DNA of 64,000 nucleotides, taken from Eledone cirrhosa. Lineage: Eukaryota. Position numbers and translations under genes: made by a program. Location of the stretch: positions 31,186,001 to 31,250,000 of the forward strand of contig OZ024741.1 in assembly GCA_964016885.1 (NCBI GenBank). Direction: 5' to 3'. Positions 42,870-54,339 of the stretch are shown piece after piece. The notes under the pieces are model-generated. The model made no database searches. It was not told the origin of the DNA and worked only from the letters and a program-made list of their open reading frames with translations. Position 1 is the first letter of the stretch, and every line of letters begins with the position of its first letter.

Positions 42870-44210
42870 AATGTCTTTAAAATAAAATAAAACCGAGAAA
42901 TCTCTTTAAAGGAGGGCATTAGTAGAAAAAGAGAATGCATCTAAACACTATTATGAGATGAAGAGAGCGGAAAGAGATGTCAATGCTATAGAAACTGTTG
43001 TAAAAAAAAACTTTAAAGCCTTCAGTACACAACTAGTCTGATTCAGTATACCACTAGGTAGGGTTACTGTCCATATACATGAACAATACAAAACTGTTTT
43101 TTTTTCCCATCTCAGTTCTACCACATGCAACTAGATATAACAGTTCTTTGTCATCCCAACTCTACACACACATATATGACAAATATTAATTATCTGTCCG
43201 CCGGGGCTGTGGGGAGACAGGCCGATTATATTACGAACTCTGTGGGAAGGTGATACTTGTGCTTGAAGCTTTTTTAAGTGTATGTATCTATCAATCTATC
43301 TATCTGTTTTCGAGACAGAATTGTTGCAGTTTTAGATAGACAGTTGAAGATTCAATAATTATTATATTTACATTGACACTTGATGCTACAATTTATCATT
43401 TACTATATATTACATCAACTTTTATCAGGAAGGTGTAATATCAGGCATAGTTGAACTGAGACTCAACTACTGACCTTCATGGGCTTCTAGCAATCTTTCT
43501 AAATTCCTGAAACGAGCCATAAAAAACAATTGCAGATACTTTACCAGAAACTCTCTGCGAGTGTTAAACTCCCCAAAACGAATGATACGCCATATATATA
43601 TAAACAGAAATAGAGCAGATGCTACAATGTACAGGCTTGTCTTTCTCACCTCATATACCAGCAAAATCATGGTATGAATTGGACTGATATTAGATAGCTG
43701 ACACCGCCTTTACCTTTCATGTGACTGTTGACGTGGAAATTCCTGGTGCAGCTTAGAACCTTTGCGGTTTTAGCATCAATGGCTCGGATCTCATCTAGAG
43801 TCCTGTGAATTAGGCCAAATGTCGCAGTCAGCAGAGCCCCAACAAACACATTGTAGGTCACTAGTTTATTGTTCGCAGAGTTCACAAGACCCTATATCTC
43901 TTATTTAGGGGTTAGATTACCTGATTACAAATTCTTTGTTACAAATTCCATCAAAGGATATATTTCAATTTCTAGCTAAGTATCTTTAGTAATCCGTCCA
44001 TTGATATAGACGTTGCTAGATTCGGTTTTAGTTTGTCCTCGCTTTACACGCATATAGGAATATCTATCCTGGCCAAACTCCATTCCTATATCTTTCAAGA
44101 ACGTCTTATCATCCACAAAGTATACATGTGTTAGGATTATGTTTCTGGTCTCCAGTGAACTAGTTACATATTCTTCATACTTCCTCAGCATAAAGAGGTC
44201 TACTGATAGG
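42870..44210 (-). pseudogene. Highly decayed R4/Dong-like non-LTR retrotransposon RT
   Basis: HVYFVDD, DIGMEFG.D, NK...YNVF....LT.TFG, EIRAIDAKT.K.L....FH..S, GG motifs. Confidence 0.6.
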
Positions 44211-44234
44211 TGTGTATGTATGTTTGTATGAATG

Positions 44235-44300
<66 letters not shown>

Positions 44301-44573
44301 TCAATAACGAGGAATCAGTAATGCATCAAAACACAATCTATTAACATATTACATATGTTTCTCCGTCGTTCAGCTCAAGGCAGGATCTGTTACAGATCGA
44401 AACCAATTCTGGATTCGCAAGTTCCTCATATTCCTCATGTATATATATATATGAGAGAGTAGAACACTGGAAGGTAATATCCGTAGTGGTAGAGCACTCA
44501 GTCTATGGGACGAGTTTGGTAGAAGTAGTAATACAACACTTAGTTCACCATACGGGGAACAATTGTTTCACCT

Positions 44574-44617
<44 letters not shown>

Positions 44618-45249
44618 CACACGTGTGTGTGTCTTCTAGTTTGTAATTTCATCTCTATTTCAAGCAAATTTCTCAATCCATATATAGTATGGATCCTTCT
44701 TTCATAACACTATGAGCACCAGCATCATCATCACAACAGTATTATTCCCATAGCTCCCCCTCCCCCACAGTTCACCAGCACCATCACCATCACCAATACT
44801 AACTAGTAATAACACCACTAAGAACATAACCACCACCACCGACAACAACAACAACAATAAAAAATGATAACAAGAAGGACAAGAAAAAGCAATGGATGTA
44901 AAAGAAAACGATAGAAATACTGATAAAGTCCGAAAGAAGAAAGAGATTGCTTGGAATTCTGACATGTTGGAAGGGATTCCAAACGTTTGGTCGAATAGTT
45001 CTGTAGGAAGACTAAGTATACTGCCATATCTATTTTATTGTTATCTTTTAGCGGTTCTTGTTTTCTTTTTTTTTACTAGCAATACGTCGTTAGGAAATGA
45101 AACAATATGGCCTTATCGTAAATGGCTTCCATTTGCCTTAAAGCAATCAATACTATAGCATCTTTTTTCTTTATTTTTCTTAAATCAAAAGACAGTCCTT
45201 GTTTTCAGTATTAGTGGCTGTATTTGTTTCTCCAAGTGTCTATTTAGAT

Positions 45250-45720
45250 GTTTGCATTTGAATGTGTATGTTTTTTCCGTGTGCGATTGTGTTTGTATGA
45301 GTATGTATTTGTGTTTGTGTTTATGCGAGTGAGAGTGTGTTTGTATGTGAATGTGTATGTTTGTGTGTGTGTGATTGTGATGGTAAGAGTATGTGTTTGT
45401 GTTTATTCGTGAGTGAGAGTGAGTTTGTATATGAACGCGTATGTCTGTATGTGTGTGACTGTGGTTGTATGAGTATGTGTATGTGTTTGTGTTTATGCGA
45501 GTGAGAGTGTGTTTGTATGTGAATGTGTATGTTTGTCCGTGTGTGGTTTTGATTGTGTATGTGTGTGATTGTAGTTGTATGAGTATGTGTTTATGCGTGA
45601 GTCAGTGTGTTTGTATGTGAATGTGTATGTTTATATGTATGTGATTGTGGTGGTATGAGTATGTGTTTGTTTTATGTACCTGCTTGTATGTGTATGAGTA
45701 TTTGCGTGTGTGTATGCCTT
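45250..45720. repeat. Diverged ~75-bp GT-rich minisatellite
   Basis: Recurring GTGTTTATGCGAGTGAGAGTGTGTTTGTATGTGAATGTG. Confidence 0.75.
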
Positions 45721-46159
45721 TCTCTTTACATAATTCTATGTATAGCCGTGTATGTTTATGTGTATGTAGGTAATTTTCTTGTCTTGTGTGTATCCATTTC
45801 TGTTTGTGTTAGAATACGGTGAGGTAATACAATAGATCAATTGTGTCAAATCCACTTTATTGATTATCTGTGGTTTTCTCAACCGACTGGGTGTTTAGGA
45901 AATCTACAGGAGTCTTTTTCAGTCTCCGCGATTAACACATGGTTTCTGATTAAACTGTTGTCGTCGTCGCTGGCGCTGCTGGTTTTGTTGTTGTTGTTGT
46001 TGTTGCTGCTGATGGTGATTTTGTTGTTGCTGCTGCTGATGGTGGTGGTTCTGTTGTTGCCGCTGATGGTGGGTTTGTTGTTGTTGTTGTTGCTGATGGT
46101 GGTTTTGTTGTCTTCTTTCCTTCTTTTAATCACCTCAGGCGCTGAGGATCCTCCTCAGA

Positions 46160-46760
46160 AGTGTTAGAGATGCGACTGGGAGATGGCCTAATTCCTCTAA
46201 GGATGTGCCAAGTTGGTGATGGTATCTCTCGATCGCCAATGCAGGGCATCATAGCCAGAGGTGTTCAGACGACTCCTCTTCACCACAGAGGACATGTAGA
46301 GCAAAAGAGATGGTGTTGTCTGAACGAATTTTTGCATGGCAGATTTGACATCGGCGAATGGCGATCGCTGCAAGGCGGATGGTAGGCATGACATTATTCC
46401 CCCGACAGAAGCCACACACGAAGCCTTGAGGACTCTTTTTCTGTATTCGAGTCAGAAGATACGTCGGCAAGTCGAGCAGGAAATGGGCACGAAGTATTGT
46501 CGGATCGTGCTGGAACATCCCGCGCAGGATGGGCCAGGGTTCGTCTCGACATCACCCGCTATGAGAAGTAACTTCCGGAGATGTAGGGCGGGTCTTACAG
46601 CTCCGGTTGTTGAAAAAAAACTAAAAAAACGACGTGTCTCCCACGTCGCATCTCTGGGTGTATACAGATCCGAATTTGACAGATATCCTTTCGAGCATCC
46701 GACCGAGCACACCGGACGTCCACGAAGGCCACCTCACGAGTAGGTTCCGGATTCCGGTTT
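46160..46760 (-). mobile_element. 5' fragment of a non-LTR retrotransposon with a 2A-like peptide followed by Cys-rich PHD-like fingers
   Basis: LRKLLLIAGDVETNPGP (DxExNPGP at 46530-46553), then CAGC..I....ISCSTC and a second CQIC unit. Confidence 0.75.
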
Positions 46761-47432
46761 GTGCTCTGTCACCACAGGTGTTATTGTCAATACCGCCGCC
46801 GCCGCTGTTGCTACCTCTATTGTTGTTAAATGCATCAACATTATCCACTTCTCGACCGCTGCTTGATGACTAAGAGAACGAAATGGTTTTCGCCTGACAT
46901 TTACTGTGTGGCGATGACGAAACGAAAAAGGAAAAGGACGAAAAGGAAAGTGAGACTCGTCGCTGACAGCTGGATTATTATTGTGGAAGTATACACGTCG
47001 CAGGAATTTTGTTCCCGTAAGTTTGTGATTTTTGTACAGTTAAATTGCGAACGTATTTTTTTTTTAAAATATTGTTTTGTTTCTAAACACATCCCGCTTC
47101 TCTTGAGTGGTCGAAATTAATTGTTATTTTGCCTTCCTGGGCGAAATTCCAATTTGAACTTTGCATTTAGCAAATACGCCCCACAAGAAAAATGGCGTCA
47201 TTCAAAAAAACCATCTCTCTGCCATGTATACACTGCTGTTGCCGTCGTCGTCACTGCCGTTGTCACTGCTGCCGGTGATGTTGTGTCATGTTGTTTCTGT
47301 TGTTGCTAACAAACAATAATTCACTGATTCCCAATCGAGAAAGTAGTCATAATGCAGGTTTTCTTTCAAAGTATACTAGTTGTGCTGCTGGTACGGTTGT
47401 GTTTCTGTTGTTACCGCCTGCTTTATCTTGAA

Positions 47433-48417
47433 CTAGCAGTAAAGCCCGGCGTTGCTCGGGGTCGCTCAGTAGCTGTGTTAAAGTTACAATGTTAAGTTTC
47501 TTTCTTGGCTTAAAAACTGTAGTGTCTACTGTGTAGACTTGCATGTGGTGTTTTTGATTAATATTCCCTCAACCAACAATATGCCTTATGAAGTTAAGAA
47601 AACATAACGATAACCCGAATGTTATAACAAAAGAGGATGCTGGGGATAGAAACTGCACTGGTTATTTATTAACAAAGATCGAAAATGTAAACACTACAAC
47701 GCAGAGAAAAACATTAGCGTAACCAAATTATCAGTTATGTCTGTCTGCACGCCTATATCACCTCTCTGCACGACTGTCTGTCTGCACGCCTATATCACCT
47801 CTCTGCACGACTATCTGTCTGCACGCCTATATCACCTCTCTGCACGACTGTCTGTCTGCACGCCTATATCACCTCTCTGCACGACTGTCTGTCTGCACGC
47901 GTATATCACCTCTCTGCACGACTGTCTGTCTGCACGACTGTCTGTCTGCACGCCTAACGACGAAATATTTGCTTGTTTTACGTAGTCTTTAAATAGACTT
48001 GTTTTCAAGTAAAAATATTGTTTTAAAATGCTTTTAAATGGAAATGAAGCAAACCGGAAGCTTAGTGTTCGAACTGATGAATTTTGCAGGTCAATATTTT
48101 GCTGGCTCGACAACTGTTCGTGTATTGTGTTAATGTCATTTTAAACGCTGAGAAAGCCAGCGTAATTTTTTACGTAAGACGCTCAATGTAAACAGAACAA
48201 AGGGAAATAACTGATAACTTACGCTCAAAAATCGATACATTATATTCGATTTCGTCACATAGGGTGGGTCAATTTGAAATATTTTTTTTCCGATGTCTTC
48301 GCTAGGGCTCAATGTATAAGTATAGCAATTTTGGTGCAATTCCGTGAGAGATTCTAAGAGGAGATGTGTACCAAAAATCGATAGACAGACAGACAACCAC
48401 AGTTTTATATATATAGA
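47433..48417 (-). mobile_element. Non-autonomous Helitron
   Basis: Minus strand starts TCTATATATATAAAA and ends with the CCCGAGCAACGCCGGG hairpin then CTAG; inserted between A and T with no TSD. Confidence 0.85.
47737..47956. repeat. ~37-bp minisatellite inside the Helitron
   Basis: TGTCTGTCTGCACGCCTATATCACCTCTCTGCACGAC x5, with partial units. Confidence 0.92.
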
Positions 48418-48987
48418 TTGCTGACTGTCAAAAATGTTTGTCCCACTCTTCGAAGCGACTATAACAACAACGAGTACAGGGGTTGCCGGATAATATCCTT
48501 AGGAAGACATAGGGATAACTATCGTCTGAAAACGAGTACAGATGAGGGAGCCTGGGACGCTGTTGCTGCCGTTGCTGTTGTTGCACGTAAATGCAGCCGT
48601 TGCTCTCTTCACCTGTTTCATTGTTGCTGCTGTTGCTCTCGTTGTTCAGGTTCTTAGTGCTGATGCTGCTAATTTCATGTTTGCATGATGTGTTTGTGTG
48701 TCCATAATTGTGCTAGAGTCCCTCCTCTCAACTTTCAAGTCGCTATCATGAGACGGCAGACTTAATGTGTGGGGTGTTTCGTCCATGTTTTTTTTGTTTG
48801 TTTTTTTTTCTAATGAGAAAAATATATAATGTTCAAATATTATAAGGTCTCCCCTCCACAGGGCAAAGACACTCGTCTTACGAGCTTTTCCAAATCAATA
48901 TAACAATTAATACAGATGGAAAAAAAATTAAAATATACCACTTTGCGGAGCTCAAATAAACACGTCTTCCCTGTCTGACAGCCCTAA

Positions 48988-49755
48988 TGGTGGTGGTTCT
49001 GTTGTTGTTGTTGTTGTTGTTGTTGCTGCTGCTGGTTTTGTTGTTGTTGTTGGTGGGGATGGTGGTTTTGTTGTTGTTGTCGTTTTTGGTGGTGGTTTTG
49101 GTGTTGTTGTTTGTGGTGGCGATGGCGGTTGTTGTTGTTGGTGGTGGCGATGGTGTTTGGTGATGTGGATGTTGGTGGCGATGGTGGTTTTGTTGTTGTT
49201 GATGGTGTTGGTGGTGGTGTTGTTGGTGGCGATGATGGTTCTGTTGTTGGTGGTGTTGGTGGTTTTGTTGTTGTTGATGGTGGTGTTGGTGGTTTTGTTG
49301 TTGATGGTGGCGATGGTGGTTTTGTTGTTGTTGTTGTTGGTGGTGGCGATGGTGGTTGGTGATGTGGTTGTTGGTGGCGATGGTGGTTTTGTTGTTGTTG
49401 TTTTGGTGGCGATGGTGGTTGGTGATGTGGTTGTTGGTGGCGATGGTGGTTTCGTTGTTGTTGATGGTGGTGTTGGTGGTTGGTGATGTGGTTGTTGGTG
49501 GCGATGGTCGTTTTGTTGTTGTTGTGTTGGTGGCGATGGTGGTTGGTGACGTGGTTGTTGGTGGCGATGGTGGTTTTGTTGTTGCTGATGGTGGTGTTGG
49601 TGGTTGGTGATGTGGTTGTTGGTGGCGATGGTGGTTTTGTTGTTGTTGTTGGTGGTGTTGGTGGTTGGTGATGTGGTTGTTGGTGGCGATGGTGGTTTTG
49701 TTGTTGTTGATGGTAGTGTTGGTGATTGGTGATGTCGTTGTTGGTGGTTGCTGAT
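48988..49755. repeat. (GTT/GGT/GAT)-derived minisatellite
   Basis: Recurring GGTGATGTGGTTGTTGGTGGCGATGGTGGTTTTGTTGTT. Confidence 0.9.
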
Positions 49756-51035
49756 GTTTAAACGCAAATCAGACCTGATTGAACAGCTCTGTTATGATTT
49801 CGTGTGTTTAAGCCTGTGTATTATCTGTATGAATAGAACGTCTGACAAATCTCAATATTTTGCAGTTTTCGTTCTACATGGTTTATTTCTTAGTTCAAAT
49901 TATGGGGAGATCACTTTTATCTTTTATCCTTGTGGGTTCCATAATAAAGAATTACCCAAATACTGCAGCTGATATAATTGACCAATCTTCCACTAAAATC
50001 CTGGAACATGGAATGTTTGTTTGTCTGATTTAAACGATGTTTTGAAGAAATTGGAATTAGTGCCTTCACAATTCGAAGTTTGCGTGAAGATTCGCGACGA
50101 CAAAGTGTGTGCTGTAACTGATTGTAAAGATTTTGTGGACTAAATTACCTCCTCTTTGCTTCTTCAGACATAGTTGCTAGGGGATTTATTTCCCGGTATA
50201 TTTTGCCTAAGTTGAAGATAGGATGTAATTGAAATTTTCCTCCTATTTGTACCAGGTCAGGCAACCGCGTAAAACCGTTTTGTATTTTGATCTGGTCGCT
50301 CATAGCTATCTGTGTTTCTATCTATATATCTCTATCTCTCTCATACGCTCACCCTCTCTCTCACTCTCTCTCTCTATATATATATATATGTGTGTCTGTT
50401 GGTAGCTAAGATGCTTCCATAGGAGGTATGCCGGTTGAGCACTCTATGCTCAACCGGCATAGAGCACTGTATGATAGAATAGAAAACGAAAAATCAGTGA
50501 CACATCTGAACTCAATTTATTGTGTATTACAATTGTTTCGCCGGCGGACAGCTCGAGACGCGATCATTGTGTGGATCTTGTCTGATTCTGGACCCGCAGG
50601 TTCGACGGACACGTTTAATGATTTCGGAGCATATTCTCTCACTCATTATGTATATATATATATATATAAAATTAGAGAGAGCGGCAGTAAAGATGATTCG
50701 TTACATATTTGAGACAACATGGCTGGTGATAGGAAAGGAGGAATTTGCCTTCAAATCAGAGGATTTGTACAAATGCTTGTGACAAGCGAATTACTTTAAA
50801 TGCTTCGAAGGACTATGCGATATGGTTAAATAGAGTGACTACATCTATTAGCCAAAACCACATAATGCAAAGAGACATAACTTATTCCACAAGCTATGTC
50901 ATCCGATGATCTGAAAATTCCGCCAATCAGTTTCTCCGGACATATGTTTCATTTCAAATATCATGAAAGGACGAAAAGAAAAGTTGACATTGACTTGATA
51001 TGAAAACAGACCGTGTGTGCTTGAAGTTAACATTT

Positions 51036-51097
<62 letters not shown>

Positions 51098-51103
51098 TAT
51101 ATA

Positions 51104-51330
51104 TGTCAGGTCACTCTCGAGTGCTACTGGTAATATGTAACACAGTAAAACCTGTCTCATGGTAGGGTCGTCGTCGACTAAACCGGCAACCCCACCAAAC
51201 TTGCTTGGTGAGGAGGGTGATATTTGGACTCCCTGCGGGATGAAATACAAGACCCGGCAAAGGGCGAAGGAACTCAGTAAAGTGAACGGCCATCCAAATA
51301 GCTGAGGGCTGTCGTATTTTCCGTGGCAAA
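51104..51330 (+). mobile_element. Diverged copy of the 15857/18672 repeat
   Basis: GTCGTCGTCGACTAAACCGGCAACCCCACCAAACTTGCTTGGTGAGGAGGGTGAT. Confidence 0.65.
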
Positions 51331-52567
51331 TATTTTCAACATCAGTTCACTTCTAACATTTAACTTTTGTTGGACACTCTTACGTCGGATATCGACGTGA
51401 GAATCCATCACATTCTGTTATTCTTTTACTCTTTTACATTTTCCAGCCTCCCGGCTGAGACCATGCTGGGGCATGTGTATATATATATATATATATATAT
51501 GGGACGTTGCTTAACATTTACATTTTTCTCCATAAGAAAGAATGATTTTAAAGTAATTTCTGTAAAAAAAACCGTCCATATCCCCTATATATATCACATT
51601 CGCACAAAGCGAACAAACATGCATGCAGTTAGCTCGCAATCTCCTTTCTTAAGGGAGAAGTTAATATCAAATCTACAGGTTAATGAAACACTTGACAGTG
51701 TAAGGCTATTCCTTTCAATGATAACTGGAGATAATTAACGCTGCTTCGTGAAATTTAATTAAGATTGAGAATGAATGAGAAAAACCAGCCAGACTTCATC
51801 CAATAACTAATCTTGAATTAGACAACATTGGATACATGCAGGATAAATTCTACCATATGGTTTACGTAATGTAAAAGTAGGAAGATAGTTTTATAAAAGT
51901 GGATTTGTTGTTGTTTAGCCCCAGATCTCTGCTCATCTTGCAAGACAATGATCAAACATATTCCAGTTATGACCATCTCGTTTTACAGCATATCAGTTTC
52001 TACATTATCAAATGTAGTTTCATGTATCTAAGAGGCCAACGTCGTGACATTTAATATAGTGTTAGTTCCTTTTTCCTATCAGATCAAGTAAGCACAATGT
52101 AGCTCCCACCTAGGACAAAAATATTTGTTATTTAGACTATTATAAAGCTGAAATATATTGCTATGAGTGACGTTCAATAATCTGTCAGCAGGCTGAAATG
52201 TTTCGCTCAATACCTAAGTATATATATTGTGTGTTTCTGATTTAGTAGAACCAAAGGATTAAATGAATATTTATCTGATCAGCTTTATGTGGTCTTAATG
52301 AACTGGGAATCTGAATTCATTCATAGATTACACTAATTTATATTATAAACGAAATTTGCTTCGCAATGCTGATAATCGGGCTTTGATGTCACGGACTGGT
52401 CTCATGGTCAGGTATATTTCACATATTCCGAAAGTCACATGTCTGTAGTATTAAACACACACACTGCTATTAATTAACCGAGATGTTATCGGCTGTCCAG
52501 TATTAAGGCATTGAATAGATGCGTTTACTTTTTGAGAACATGTTGAAGTAACGCGATTGATATAAAG

Positions 52568-52925
52568 GTGGCATGACTATAATTGTTTCTACTTTTGGCA
52601 CAAGGCGAGCAATTATTCCAGTGTATGACTGGTACTTTATTTTATCTACCCCGTAAGGATGAAAGGCAAAGTTAAGTTAACCTGGGCCGGATTTGAACTC
52701 AGACCATAAAGGGCCCTAAATCTTTGCTGCAAAGCATGGCGTCCGAACCTCTACCGATACTGGGACGCCATGCTTTGCATCAAAGGGTTACGGCCTTTAT
52801 GATCTGAGTTCAAATCCCGCCGAGGTTAGCTTTACCTTTCATCCTTACGGGGTCGATAAAATAAACCACCAATAATATACTGGGATAATTGCTCGCCTTG
52901 AGCCAAAACGTGGCATGACTATAAT
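52568..52925. mobile_element. Head-to-head inverted SINE pair bounded by one 16-bp TSD
   Basis: GTGGCATGACTATAAT at 52568-52583 and 52910-52925; SINE on minus to ~52762, then on plus. Confidence 0.88.
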
Positions 52926-53228
52926 AAACATACAAAATGTATGACGGAATCTTAATTAACAAGCATCCAGGAAATGCTTCCATCATCCAAATAAATAGGC
53001 TAAAAGCTATTCTTTGTGCGTATGTATTTATCTGTGCGTGTGCATATGTGTCTGTGTTCTAATGTGTGTATATATGTGTGGCGGTGCCTGTGTACACGAA
53101 AGCATAAATAATCAATGGTTGTATATTCTTTCTTGAAATGCTAACATTGTTTTATACTGCAATATTCAAACCTACAAAGTGGAAAGCCCATGCAAGCATG
53201 CACTCGCAATCAGACACACTCACACGCC

Positions 53229-53274
<46 letters not shown>

Positions 53275-53481
53275 CTCTTTATAAACTATGTATTTCAATT
53301 GAACCTGCAGGAGAAAGGGAAGTAGAAGCTGATTTGTAAATTCATATCAGTTTGGCACTTAGAAAAGTAGTTGAAACATTATAGAAATGTTCGCGTACAT
53401 ACGGGCGTATTCTCACATACATATGCATCACACCAAATATATGCATACATTCATACATACATATATATATATGTATGTACC

Positions 53482-53533
<52 letters not shown>

Positions 53534-53618
53534 CATATATATATATACATCATATACATACAAACACACATATAAATAAATATACATCACATACATTCAT
53601 ACATACCTACCTACATAA

Positions 53619-53716
<98 letters not shown>

Positions 53717-54225
53717 AACCCACATATATATATATATACATCACATCCACACACATTGATATATATACATATAAACATACATATATTCATATATACACGA
53801 ACTCACAACAACTTTCTTTTTATCCCCCTTTATCTCTCTCAGACACACACACACAAACACACATAGACACTCTAAAAAAAAACATGGCTACGATTATATG
53901 TGGATATATTCATATAACATACATGAATCATTTACGTGTATGCAATTGTATTGATTAAATATTTGCTCCTTGACAATAGTGAAGCTCTTCATTGAAAATA
54001 AAATCTGACATTATCATTTCAAGCAACAATTGAATAAGAGGGGCGATTGTTGGAGCCCTTTACATGTATTTCAATCTAGCATCCGGCCATTTTGATTGTA
54101 TTCACTTGCCGCTTTCCTTCTGTGTCCCATTATCTTCTCGTTACGTTTCTCTGTTTATATTACATCGATGTAAGATCTTATTACGTAACATATATATCAT
54201 GTAATGTATATATATAAATGTATAT

Positions 54226-54286
<61 letters not shown>

Positions 54287-54339
54287 AACACACACACACA
54301 TACACAGATATATATATATATATATCTAGGGGGGTAAAA

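Noticed and set aside
44335-44440. Possible hammerhead on minus (GAAA-CATATG-TA)
   Set aside because: Only the 3' half is visible; no convincing core or stem II.
46715-46760. GGCCACCTCACG resembling the ingi/L1Tc HDV-like signature
   Set aside because: On the opposite strand to the 2A ORF, and the pseudoknot could not be built.
47737-47956. CRISPR-like ~37-bp repeats
   Set aside because: Head-to-tail units without unique spacers, inside a Helitron in eukaryotic DNA.
48952-49767. 271-aa Thr/Pro mucin-like ORF
   Set aside because: Trinucleotide-derived minisatellite that is open in several frames on both strands.
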